NCBI RefSeq assembly: GCF_009914755.1
Contig: NC_060945.1
Source of the DNA: the human T2T-CHM13v2.0 reference genome, Homo sapiens
Reading direction: 5' to 3' (one strand)
Length of the DNA stretch: 64,000 nucleotides
In this document: one piece after another, positions 41,953 to 55,213 of the stretch
Layout of the letters: each line of letters begins with the position of its first letter
Position numbering within the stretch: position 1 is the first letter of the stretch
The notes under the pieces: model-generated
What the model saw: only the letters and a program-made list of their open reading frames with translations
What the model was told of the DNA's origin: nothing
The model's database searches: none
Program-made: the position numbers and the translations under genes

Positions 41953-42783
41953 GTAAAGTTCATATGACTGCATTCTTTTTGCAAGGGGGGTGGAGGGAGA
42001 GCGGGGAAGGAGGGGGTGTCAGCTCAACTGTAAAAGCTGCACAGATTTTTTTTCTTTCTCTCTCTCTGCCTCTCCATAGATTGTTTCTGTTTCATGCCCT
42101 GTCTCATTTCGCATAGCTAAAAAAGAATGCTAATTAAGATCCCTTGTCTTAACCTGAAAAATAATGACTCGGCTGTAATTAGAAATCTGGTGAGAGTTTA
42201 AAAATTCTGGTAGGGGACCAAAAACATCAGTTACGGTGCTTAGGAAGAAAATGAAGAATTATTTTTCTGAAATCAAGGTAAACATGGGAGAGGGGGGTTC
42301 CCCCCATCTTTTTAACCAATTTTAACCAATGGTGTTCTACTGCAGATGAGAAGATACTGTATTTCAAAAACTATTTTAACCATCAAATTGAAGGAACACA
42401 AATCAGTAGCAATAGAAGCCTTCTTAATCCTCCTTAGGATGCAATTCAGATGAAAGAACTGCTTTTTCTATTTTTCTTTTTGTGTGTGTGTGTTATAGAT
42501 GGATCTGAGAACGCTGTCTGGGCTTGGTACCAAGAGCTGGTATTTCACAGCAGCGACCGCCTCACAGACGAGCTGTGGGAAGCAGGAGGGAGACTCTCTC
42601 TTAGGGTGCCACTACTATGGAGACACAGCTGGGCTGAACAAGATTTGCTTCAAACGACAACAAGAGAGACAGAAAGTATCTGGTTCAACCGCTGCCCGAG
42701 CAGGCAGGCACCAGAAGAGCTAGCAGCCAATCCGGCCATGCTCGAAGCCAGCTCTGCAGCTCAGCCAATCAGTGACATCATTG
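41935..42783 (+). ncRNA. Candidate 5' exons of a spliced lncRNA (exons ~41935-41952, 42080-42189, 42499-42783)
   Basis: Donor CTG|GTAAAG at 41953; pyrimidine tract plus CATAG| acceptor at 42079 with donor CTG|GTGAGA at 42190; T/TG tract plus TATAG| acceptor at 42498 with donor TTG|GTGAGA at 42784. Reminiscent of the distal SOX2-OT (SOX2DOT) start, but not recognised with certainty, so no symbol is given. Confidence 0.5.
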
Positions 42784-45700
42784 GTGAGAAACTCATTTAC
42801 ATCATGCAGTAATGAACTTTGTTTAACATAGACTTCCCCCTTTCCTGTCACCCCCCCCCCCTTTCCATATTAGGTCCTTCCATTAATTATTCTGCTGGCA
42901 TAATTTAAACCGCTATGCAAAAATGTGGCTACATTCTCTCTGATGGCTTTTACCTCCCCCCCCCCCCCCATTGGTGTCTGCCGTCACTGAAAGTGATTCT
43001 GGGTACAATTCTATTTTGTTTTGAACTTGCAAAAATTATCTTCTCTTTCTTAAAAAAAATTCTTAACAACATTAAACCTCTGTTTATATTGTCTGATCCC
43101 TCTTCTTATGAATGAATACATGCTTCTCCAAGTTGGGGTTCAGAATTGTACAAGGCAACAGAGAATAAGGTGTGCATTGCCATGGAAGTTGCAGGTTTTT
43201 CAAACAATCTGTATCTTAGAACTTCCTTTAACGTTTCCAGATTTTATGCTGCAGTGGCCATTTTACATACAGTGCTTTATCCAAAAAGCACTTGTATGCA
43301 TCTGTCACATGGAGGAAAGTTCACTCTTGTTATATTTCATTCTCCACTGCTCTCAGCCAACATTGTCATTTTATTAATGAATAGAACTGAGGTCATTTCT
43401 GGACAAATCTCCCCCTTCCCATCCCAGCACAATGCACCTGATTTGCATCCATTTACTAGAAAAAATGAATACAAGAACCAGCTTGAAAAGAAGTTAAGGG
43501 ACCAGCTTACGTATTATTTCAGAATATATTGCAGTAATACAGTTTGTTTTTTTAAAATGTGTAATATTTAACATTTGCCTTAGTGTTTCTATAAAAATGC
43601 CTGCTATCCATTTGCAATGTAATACCTTTAGCAAATTTATAGGATTGTTACATAACCAAAGTAGATCAAATTAAATAACGTTCACAAATGAGTTCATTTA
43701 TCTGCAGAAAACCTGTGGAAATACAATTTTGCCTTGCACATTTGTATTTAGTTGTCAGGGATAAAGTCATTTTTTCTATAGATAACTTAAAGAGGCTGGA
43801 ACATGTGGCATGTGAAGATTTCAGGTTGCTTTATAAAATCCCAGAGAGCAAAACTGGGTCACACTTCAATGCAATTTCTATTAAGTCATATCTTTATTGC
43901 ATATTTGCGTTAAAGGCGCACAGTTTTCTAGCAGAGAAGGTGAAGTTTCATTGTCTTTCTTTTAAAAGGATGTTTTGAATATAATTATTCAAAAACATGG
44001 AATTTTAAAAATATTGACAAGGGTTTCATAATAGTGCATGATTCATTTAAGAAGCTTAGAGAATGCAATGATAGGCATAGTCACTTTTTAAAGCATATGA
44101 AGGATTTAGATGGGAAACCATGGCCCTTTTAATTCATGAGGCATTCCATCATCCCATCATCAGTATTCAGGGGGCGACTGTCCTGAATCAGTCACGAGCT
44201 CCCCTGCTGCAGATCCTGTAATTTGAATCATGTGTAATAATATATTATCCTACTGGGGGCCTTCTTTCAGTAGGAGAATGGTTTATACATTCTGCTGTAA
44301 GAGAACTTTTGGCTTCTAGCCGACTCACAGCTATTACTCACATAGGCAATCACGATCGTCTTCCTTAAGGAATAACATCTGCACAACCTCCAGAGCCAAA
44401 AATCTGCAACCTCCCGCACAGTATGAATTATGATTTCTTGGAATTGGGAACACTTGACAAACTGAAGTAGAAAAATGGAAGGTTTAAAGGAATGGATCAA
44501 CATTTTATTGAGTGTGCCATGTGGCGACAGCGCAAACTCCCATTCCTTTGAAATGATGGAGAATGGTGAGGAAAGGGGGCCAAAAATATACCTACATGTG
44601 TTCATTTGATTTTTAGACACAGCCGAAATGTAATGTGTTTTATGAAGACGTGGCTGCCTCTGTGTTTTTCTGTGGACATCCTAGCAAGGTCCTGTAAAGG
44701 GCGTAGCAACGTGGAGAAATAAATGGGGGGCGAAGGTGGTCGTGAAAGCAGAGAAATTGTCTCCCCTCGAGAAGGAAGCAATGTAATGTAGCAGGAACCA
44801 TTTTGACCCCGGAGTTAAAAATTATAGTGTACCTCCGACTCTTTCTCTTGTTATCACCTTGATCAGATCACTTAATTTCTTTCCATTTTCTCCTGCATTC
44901 AAAAATTCAAGACAATGCCAGCATAGAGATTTTCTCTTTGTGTGAAATGCCTTCCCATTTTTTAAGAGTCTAGATCCTTTTTTGCTTCAAGGACCAAGTT
45001 AAATGTCTCCTCTTCTGTGAAATCTCTCCAAATCATCACGACCAGAATCTCTCACTTCTCCACCCCTTTTCATCTCCTTTATTGCCTGTGTGCCAGTCAG
45101 TATTGCTGTAGGGCCACATGTGTGTACGTCTTTGCCACTAGACTGAAAGCCCCTTGGGGACAGAGACCACATTGAATTCTTCCACCCCCAGCTCTAAGAA
45201 TAATGAATGATGCTCCTAAGGTTCAAATCCATGTTTTAATTAATGAATTATAAGTACATTATAAATTGCAGAGGGAGGGTCATACAAATTCTGGGGATTA
45301 CAATTATTGTTGTCAACTATTACCACTATGTACCAGTTGATGTCAGCTTTACCTCATCAATGTTAAGCCTTTTATTTCACTGGCCCTTCATAATAAATCT
45401 CAGATTAAATGGTCCTTGTATTATTTTTCTTAAATAGCCAGTCATAAGGAAATGCAAATCATTTTGTTTATTAAATATAAAATTGAGCCAACTTAGTTGG
45501 TGTTTAAAAACTTAAAAATAGGTGAAATTTATGTAGATTCAAGCAACCATGATAAGCAAATTACAGTATCCAGCTCTACTGTTCATGATATGAAAAATTA
45601 CTTGGAAAAGGTAAGCAGTTAACATGGAATGTTGAAATGCTTTACAAAGCATAATAAATCAGGAAATATAGAATCCCATGTCAGCGTTATAATTAATGTA

Positions 45701-47299
45701 TGTATTTTTAATCTGTAAACTAGTACAATAATCTTGAGTGATTTCTAGATGTTTTTGATATAATCTGATAACATAATGCCAAAGCATGATTGATTTTATG
45801 TTAGTTATCTATTTAAGTTTATACTTTTGGTTATTATACTACTGCTAAGAGGAAATTAATGTTTTGGCAAAAATGATATTTTTGTTAATGTTTGAAAATC
45901 GTCTTTAGATTTAAAAATATATTTTAAACTGTTTTTCACTACCTTTTATGAGAAGAGAATGAAATAATTAGAAAATATATATATCTTTACTTTTATATCT
46001 GGAAAAATAGAAATTTCAGAGCTTGAAATCAGCTTAAGTATTTTGTAAAAGTATTAGAGAGGAAAAGTATCTCGCCCAAAATACGTACTTTCAAGTTCCC
46101 GGGACAGCTAAGACTGGTGTCAAGAATTCGGAAAGACTGGGTCAATATTTTTTTACCCTACCAAATAATCTTCATGTTAAAAACCAGCAAGATAGGATTA
46201 TACAATTTTATAGTACTAACATAAATTACATTTACTTATGTAATCCAATACTGTATGTAGAATTCACATATCATAGGGAAAAATGGGAGACTGGACCTTA
46301 TTGAGCTGTATTTTTCCACTATCCTACAATAATGCAATTGGGTCCTAATAAATAATCATTTATATTAGTATTCTTTAAAAATAATTATGGTTATGATGAA
46401 GTAAAAATGGAAATGATATCTGGGTTCACTCTGCTAGCTCTGAATTCAGTTAACACAGATATTGTATCTTAATGACAAGATTGGTTAAATAGATTTGGGT
46501 GGGTCAGTTTGAACTTTTTTTAACCAATGAATTATACTGTTATTCTTAATCTTTTTTATTCTGCTTAAGTCTCCAGTTATCCCAAAGATGAGATATTTGC
46601 ATCTAGCCAATTATTTAAAAATATAATTCTGGACCTTGTAAATACTGAGAGATGAATTGTGCCCACTTAGAAACGAATGTTTCTCAAAGACAATAAAAAT
46701 AGTAGGACTGTCCAGCATCTTCTGTTTAGAAAATTACAGTTAAGAGTTCAGAGAGTGACTGAGAAAATGTAAAGCATCTTAAAGAAAATGTTACTTTACT
46801 TCCTAATTTAAGACGTGGTAACTGACAGCCGTGTGCATTTGAATACTATTTTGTTTTTCTAAATTTATTAAAGTAATGATAAACAAGATAGAAATAATGT
46901 AACACCCCCCCATACTGGTACTTATTGATACCATAATTGTACGGTCCTTATTCCAAAATTAATTATTGAATTAGGAAAGTGGAGTAAATATTAGGGCATA
47001 GGCTTACACAGCAAAACTAGTAAGTTTGTGATTGAGAATTGCTTATTTGTAAGATGGCAAAGAAATAGATAAAACTGACCTAAAACATTTGCATATTCTG
47101 GCTTTTTTTCCTGCTTAACCCTTACGACATGATTTAAAAGCAGTATCAATATATTTCGGTGTTTACCGAGTATTTCCACGAACTGAAGATAACACATCTT
47201 GTTATTGATCAGTGAGGTTGCTCTGTAACTGGTTGCTGAACCAAGAGGAGGAACAAAAGGCTTTGAGTTAATGGCTAATATTTGCTGGGGCCTAATATT

Positions 47300-47520
47300 T
47301 CCACTATATGCCATATGCTACACTATGTGCTATGCACACATTCTTTCATTTAATTCTCAAATCAATCCTTTGGTATAATTACTATCCTTATTTTACAAAA
47401 CTGAGAAAATTGAGTTTCAAAAAGGCTAAGCCACTCCTCAAAGTCACATGACTAACAAGCAGCAAAAGAGGGATTTGAACGAAGGATTCTGACTTGAGAG
47501 AATGCATTCCTAATCATTCC
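47300..47520 (-). mobile_element. MIR SINE
   Basis: tcatttaattctca...ccttattttacaaaactgagaaaattgag...aagtcacatgactaacaag...gggatttgaac. Confidence 0.75.
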
Positions 47521-49009
47521 AAACTGAATAATCAGTACATGTGATTTTGCTGTTTGCTGTAGAAACAGATTTTTTATATATATTACATTCATTAATGGTG
47601 TATCTGGTTCAGTTTTTTAAATGTTCACATATATTTTTACCTTAGCATTTTATAGGTCAGTTTGAAAGCTATTGAGTTCGCAATAATATCTACATTAATA
47701 TTTTCTTCATATTTTGGTATTTCTGCACCCAATCAGATCATTTAGGTAATACATACCAAAACAATTTCTAAACAGTGACATACCAGACAAATGTAAGGTC
47801 ATGTTAGTAGTAAAATGTCTTTGTAAGTCTGAATTACTAAAAATAAGTATTAGACTAAATGTTTCCATTTCCTCTTTTTCCTAGATATTTTACTTATTAA
47901 ATATAACACCTATTTTATGACAAAATTAATTCTCATTAATTTGGCAGTTGCAGAATGTCACTTTGGCTTATTTAGACCCTGACTATCCAGACATGTAAGG
48001 TAGTTCAGGTTCTCACTCCTGTTTACACATCTTGTGTCTACAACCCACTGCAATCCACAGGATGTTAAAAGAATCTTACAATTACTGAATATGTAGTAAT
48101 ATATTTTATGCCTAATGCTATATTTTTTAGTTTTTATCTACAGTGGTCAAGACTAGAGGGCATAGCTGACAAGTTGTTGACTTTCAGGGAATCAGCTTAA
48201 TTTGGGGAAGGGAAAGGAGAAAACAGAATTGTGTAGTTTCTTAGCTTCCTGATGAAATGTTGTCCAGTTTCTTTCTCAATTTTCTATTTCTTTCTAGAAC
48301 AATGTTGTACACTTACCATATGTCAGAAACTGTGCAGGCAATAAAATGATCCTCTCATGAACTCCAACTTCAACATTGTTATTGATTTTCATAATGAAAA
48401 CACTATATCAATATATGTTCATGTATAATTGAGGTGTTTAGTTTGGTTACATAATTTATGGTACCCTCTTTTAAAAAAATCTAGAAAAGCAGAAGTTTTG
48501 ACCCCTATGATTCTCATTTGAATGAAACTCCACTCCACTGTGCTCTCCACTGTGCCTTTGCCTCTTCTATGATCCTGATACCTAGAACTCAATACACTGC
48601 TCCTTGGAAGGTTTGAGGAATGCAGGGTGAAGGAGGACTATCATCTCTGTGTTTGGGGGCCACTAGGCCCATGGATGTGGTGCAAAGACCTCAATAGCAG
48701 GTTTAAGGATCATATTCTGATTTTGCCCATGCCTTACGCTATTCTCGGTACAGTTAGAATTTGATATTATTTTTTCTCGCAAGATTCCTTGATGTTCGCA
48801 TTACTAATAATTACCTTTGTGGGAAAGAATCAAGGTCAACATAGCAGTTCCTTTCATTGCTTCTGAACTTACTGAGAAAGCACTTAAAGTATAGGACTTA
48901 AGCACTAGTAAAGTACTTAAAACATTTATTTTCAGAATGTTAATTTTTACACAGTGAAAACTAGAGATAATAGTGTCAATGACTACTTAGTGATCACTTA
49001 ACTCCATGA

Positions 49010-49200
49010 GGTACTGTGAGAAGTGGTTAGGAGCATAAAATCTCTGTACAGATGCCTGGTTCTGATTCTGAACTTCATGACTTAGTAGATACATAACCTT
49101 GGACAAGTTACATAACTTCCCCGGGCCCCAGTTTTCTCATCTGTGCAATAGTACATACCTTAAAAGACTGTGAGGATTCTAGTGCATTTTTGCAAAGGAT
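49010..49200 (+). mobile_element. MIR SINE
   Basis: accttggacaagttacataacttcccc..cccagttttctcatctgt. Confidence 0.7.
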
Positions 49201-51046
49201 GGCATTATAAAGATGTGCAAATTCATGTTCTTTACTCTTCGAAGTATGGAATGTAGAGAGTATGTGTTTGTATATATTTAAATAAATATTAATGCAGTGT
49301 AGTTAAGTGCTATACCAGAGATGTATTTATGCTTCATAAATACTTTTAAAGTTTAATTTTACTTCACCTCTTTAACCAAGTTTTGTTTTTATTTGAACAA
49401 GTTGTCAACCATTGTTATAATCATCAGTTTTATCCCATCAAATATTGGTTTCATTTAAAAAGTTGTTTAAAAAGACTCTATGTTATTTTAATAATATCTA
49501 TATAAGTTTACAATTTCAGGCAACTAATAATATTCAATCCATTGATTCTACTTTTTCCTCCATTGCTCAGTGTATATATCAGAAAATACAAATGTCCGAA
49601 GTCACATGTAAAAATACATGAAACCATTTATTCTGATTTTTGCAAAGCTCGATGGTAGAGCTAATATTTTAGACCATGATACCCTAGAATGACCAGAGGT
49701 TAGGTTCCTAGTTAGTGGCATTCTGTAAAGACAATTAATCCATAGTCCAAGTGTCTAATGTTCAAGAATCAGATACTTGATCACGTAGACTGTCCTTTAA
49801 CAATCTCCATTGTACTCAGGAAGAAAATAATAGATTCTAATCCGAAGACCTGACCTAAAACCCTTTGTAAGTGCTCCAAGCCTCACTTTTCTTATTATGA
49901 AATGGGGATAGTAATGCCTAACTGGAAAGATAATTGTGTGGGCTAAATAAGAGGACCTGTGGAGTACTGTTAGGTTTTCTCTTCTGTAAGTTTTGCAAAG
50001 TCTGTTCAAGTGTGTGTTTCAATGTCAATGAGAGCAACAGGACTTCAAATAAAATGCAAGCTTCTGAGGAGGCAAACTCTAGTATGATGTATTCTATAGA
50101 ATAGAGAATGACAAGATTCTTTAAAAATATTTCTCATTAAAACCCCCATTAGTTCAAATGATTTCAGGGGATTGTGAATGCAAGTTAATTAAATCAGAAT
50201 TCTTTCTCATCTTATCCTGGGAATGACTGAAACTAAAAATGGTTTCATTTTAAAAAGAGGTTCATGAGCTCGCTCCCTCTCTCCACCTCCATCTCTATCT
50301 CTGTCTTTCCCTGCCTCTGAGAGAAACTGACGTATTTGGGTAGAGAAGAGCATCAGTAAGTGTTTCCAGTGATTGAGGCAGAGGGATGTTCAAAGGCATG
50401 AGTATTTTTAGATTAATAGTAACGATGCAACTAATTTTCAGGTGTCTCATTAAGGTGAAAAATAATATACTATAAATAGCATCATATTTGGACACCTATG
50501 TGCCAATTTTATGATGCTTTTACAATTTCATCTAATCTATTACAATTTGTTATTACTCCCTTCAAGTTTTATCCATGCTTTCATGGTACTAATAATGAAG
50601 ATGACGATCAACTGAACTTTGCCATGATATTTTGTAGGTGTACCTGTTGTTTGAACTATGTATATAAATCATAAAGCAAAGAAATTACACATTGTGTTTG
50701 GGATATCTTATAGTAATATTGCCTTTTAATAATCCCCGTTTCTCCTTTTATTTAACAGCAATTACCCAACATCCTATTAAACATCAACAGAGATCGTCTT
50801 GCATGTCATTATAGTGCAATAAGATCTGTTTAGCTTTTCAGCTCTTACAAGATATTCATTTTGCAGTGGAGTTAAGCTTTTCTATTACCTTCCTAGGATG
50901 ATGGTTTAGGAGTCTTTAAAAATTTTTATTAAACTCATTTTAGTTATTTTTTCCCTTTGTTAGTTAATTGATTTTTCTAGGACTGAGAAAGTGGGTTTTT
51001 AACATATCTCTTCTCTAGGGATAGGCTTCAGTATGGGGGCTGTTGG

Positions 51047-51178
51047 AGAGACCATATACCCCATTTCTCCGGGGATATGTCTAGTTTATGCCTATTGTAC
51101 CAGGGTAATTATTGATGGTGCCCTCTTTCATTTTCAGTAGTGACCCATTTTTCATTAGAAATTATGTGGCCATTCTAT
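51047..51178 (+). mobile_element. MER94-like hAT DNA transposon fossil
   Basis: gaccatata...agtttatgcctattgtaccagggtaattattgatggtgccctctttca...aaattatgtggccattcta; second fragment at ~57440-57550. Confidence 0.6.
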
Positions 51179-51439
51179 AATATAAAGTTAATTTCTGAAT
51201 GTTTTGGTAAAGATTATATTTTTGGATATGCAAATCTGTTGTCATCATGAAAGTATTTGTACTTTGCAGATTGTGTAACATGAGTTTAGGTTTTGCAAAT
51301 GTGGTCACTACAGTAATAGATAATTTTGTTGATAGGTGTTAGACATGCAATGAGTAATTGTTGATCTAAACTCACTCATTTGAGCATCAGATTTCATTAG
51401 TACTCTAGTCTAGACTAACAGCAGGAAGAAGTCCAGCAT

Positions 51440-51560
51440 GTCAATTCATTTAACAAATATTGGTTGAGCACTATGTGCCAATCATTGCTATAAGCACTGA
51501 GGGACACAGCAGTAAAGCAAATAGACAAAGTCCGCTGTGCTCATAAAGCTTGTGTTCTGA
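51440..51560 (-). mobile_element. L2 3' fragment
   Basis: ttcatttaacaaatattggttgagcactatgtgcca...cagcagtaaagcaaatagacaaagtcc. Confidence 0.7.
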
Positions 51561-53999
51561 GGTCCTTTATAGGGTAATAATATATATTTATTAAGTTATA
51601 CCAATGACATTTTGCTCTCTTATACAAATTGCTTTGACAAAAGGAAGGTTTCATTTAAAATCCAGCCTGTTTTTATTCAGACTGCTCCATGATGTAGGCT
51701 AACTTTATACCATGAATTCCTACTGGGTACGTTTTTCTTTCTCTCACTCAGTAGCTTACCTGACATCTTAGGCCCTCCTGGAGTTGATGGTGCCAGCTGC
51801 CCATGATTTTTATGTTTTATTTAGTCAAGAAGCAGCTCAGAAATCCTAATAACTTGAGATCTTCTTATGTTCTAGCTAACACACAAAGGTACATGGAAAA
51901 TGTACTACCTTATTTGTTTTTGGAAACTTTTCTTTTCTCCCTGAGAACAGGTTATTGTCATTTTTGCCTATATATATAAAATTCATGTTTTTAAATGTAT
52001 CCTCGAGCTTTTCAAGTGATTTCTCTCCTGTGGAAGCACCTTCTCTTGTTATTTGGCTTTTTATAAAGCCCACGAATATTTTAAAATTTTAAATGACTTA
52101 TGTGCATAAAAAAATAAGCAATTTTTATATTAAGAATACATATTTAAGCAATTTATCTGTTAAGAGTACATATTTAAAATGAGAACAATTATATCATAAA
52201 ACCAGAACTGTTTGGAGTTTGACATAGACTTGAGACAATTGTTTAATTCCTTTATTTTTTAAATGTGCCCAGAAAATGTGTAAAGAAATGGTATTCAACT
52301 TGCTCAGATTTACAGAGTAGTTTGTGATAGACTCAGAAAAAAAAGATTTTTTAAAATTTGAATTTTTAAAGTTTTGATTATAAAAATATTTTCTCTGCTC
52401 TAAATTTGAAAAATTTTAGAGTTATATGAAAGAAAATTGAAATATTTAGTTATTTTACTCTGTATAAATTACCATAGTTGCACAAATTCTAAAAATACAT
52501 ATGTCTTTTGAATAATATTGAAGTTTCACTATATAAATATTTATATCTTGTTTTTAAACATGAAGAGAGAAAATATTATGTGGTATGATATAAGGGATGC
52601 ACATTTAGATGAAAAATAAAGGAAGAAAGAATTGATAAGACAGGCATTTAAAAACCTAGGTATTTTTGAATTACAACTTCACAAATTATATGAGGCTATA
52701 TAGGATATATATAGAAGTGAATATGAATATGTCAATGTCATTTCATAAAAATGTTTTGTGGTACACTGAAGAGAGACATGTCAAAGTGACAATGCTGTCA
52801 TAGATGTGGATGCCCTTTCTTGCTCCTGGGAAGTAGTATCTCTTCCCTCCACATATACTCTGGGTTATACCCTCTCTTAAATCCTCATGGAATTTTTCCA
52901 TCGATGATCCTTCTCCTGTATCATCACCTTCCTCTCAACCAGTTCTTCCCTCCCAGAACTCAAAAATGACCAACTTTCACTCATCCTAAGTAAACAGATG
53001 AGGAAAACAATAATAGCCACCCCCCATAAACCTATTTCCTCTTGTATCTCTTACTTATCCATTCTGTTGCTGGACACGAAGTCAGGAGAGCTGAGAAAAG
53101 ACTCTAACTCACTCGGGACAAGTAGTGTAACTTCTTTGCACTCCAGCAGAATTGATAGTTTTATATTTCATAAAATATAAAACGGTGTTAAAAAGCTATA
53201 GTTTTTTTTTTTCCAAAAGTACTTTGTCCACCTTGAACACCACATAAATGTAAAGGAGAAGAGAGGAAATATCCTCTACAAGCTACTTTTTAATTGTTAT
53301 TTTTAGGGAGCTCTAAAGTAACTCTAAAGGTGTTTTTGACATAATATAATTACCATTTACAGCCATGATCTCATTTCCATTTATTTATTTTGAGATTCTG
53401 TTCCCACTCAGGGTTCTAATGGTGCAGGGGTGGTAGTAGGGTCAAGTTATTTTAAATAACGATCAAGGAAACAATCTATTTTTAAAGGAAATAAGCTCTT
53501 TGTGCTATTGAACAAAGATCGCTGCACTTGAAGTCTATTTGTTACTCCAAAATTATTTCAATGAGAGTAGGAATCAGATGATCTCATATCTATTGCTAGC
53601 TATGCCACTAGTCATTTGTGTGACATTGGAAAACTGGTGTTTATTGGTTTATCAGGATGGACAGGAGACCAGATCAGGACTTTCAACAACTTTTCTTAAA
53701 GTAGAATTCTTTCTTAAATAAAATCGACTCAGAATCTCAAAATATTTTTAGAAAGTGCAATGACCCTGTTTGGATTAGGGTTGGGAACCTCAGAGCTGTA
53801 TTCTTTTACTCCTCATGCACTTTAGGTGGTGCCTAAGATGCCCTCATTACAGCCTCGTAACTCCATGAGAATAAAGCCACTAGAGTAGATAATTGTTGAC
53901 ATTGCTTAGAGTTTGAAAATTAGACTGTTTTTTTTTTGTTGTTGTTTTGTTTTGGTTTTGCTTCTTTTGGTCAGCCATTAATTAATATAAATTAAACTT

Positions 54000-54013
54000 C
54001 CACTAGATGGCAG
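54000..54013 (+). promoter_or_regulatory. CTCF core motif CCACTAGATGGCAG
   Basis: Exact match to the CCASYAGRKGGCRS consensus in AT-rich unique sequence. Confidence 0.65.
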
Positions 54014-54851
54014 TAGATCAAATCTTTGATCTTGACAATCTTCAGTCTAATATTTAAAAGCACATATTTGGACTTCTTACACAAATTTTAGAAGAATTTT
54101 ATTGTCTTATATTTTAAACTTTAAAATTCTTTTTCAACCTCTGAATTTTCACTTGGTATTCTGTTTTCAAGACATTACGAACTATTGGTTAGTCCAGTCT
54201 TTATGATGTCTGGTAAAAAATATTACTTGCTCTGATTATAGAAATTTTTAAAAATTGCATAATGTTCAAGTGAACACATTTTCATGAGCATCTAAATTTA
54301 TTATTCATACAGTCTTGATTTTACAGCTTCACTGGAAGGCTAATTTTTAACCCAAAATTTACAGTGACCTGGTCATTCATTTTGCTATCCCATAACGCCC
54401 ACTCCCTTCCACAGCAATGCAATTCCAATGATAGTCTGCATTGTGTATACTCTTAACTTTGCAGAGAGGGGATGCTTTCAAATTATATTAGATGATGGGA
54501 ATTTGTGATAAGGATAACTAGCGAAATGAGGTATCTCAGGAAGCTGCTTCATATCCCTAAGGTTAAAGGTATAGTAATTTCTTGGAGGTACAGAGCAACA
54601 CCTTCCTTTGGGATTCAGCAGGTCCTCCTGGAACCCAACAGCTCTGGTACCCTCATGCCAACAATGAGCCTCCCAGAAGTTGCCTCTGCTCCTCTTTTTG
54701 GATACCACTTATTTATACTCCCCAGGAAAGAAGAACTGGTTGAGTCAGTTTGTTGTAGTTGTACACAGATCATCCCTTAAGTGCAGTCTCTTGCTAAGTA
54801 AGTCCCCTGAGTTGGTTAGACCCGACTGAGGACAGCTTATTCTTTAACTAG

Positions 54852-55213
54852 TGTATTAGTCTGTCTCATGCTGCTAAAAAGACATCCCTGAGACTGGGTA
54901 ATTTATCAAGGAAAGAGGTTTAATAGACTCATAGTTCCACATGGCTGGGGAGGCCTCACAATCGTGGCAGAAGATGAAGGAAGCGCAAAGGGACGTCCTA
55001 CATGGTGGCAGGCAAGGGAGCATGTGCAAGGGAACTCCTCTCTATAAAACCATCAGATCCCGTGAGACTTATTCGCTATCATGAGAATGGCACAGGAAAG
55101 ACTCGCCCCCATGATACAATTACCTCCCATCGGGTCCCTCCCACAACACTCGGGAATTATGGAAGCCACAATTCAAGGTGAGATTTGGATGGGGACGCAG
55201 ACAAACCATATCA
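54852..55213 (-). mobile_element. THE1B-like solo LTR
   Basis: tgtattagtc...ggggacgcagacaaaccatatca termini; near-match TSD actag/aatag. Confidence 0.9.

Noticed and set aside
42450-42812. 120-aa ORF with a hydrophobic, signal-peptide-like N-terminus
   Set aside because: The LLFLFFFLCVCV start is the translation of the T/TG tract of a splice acceptor; no homology recognised
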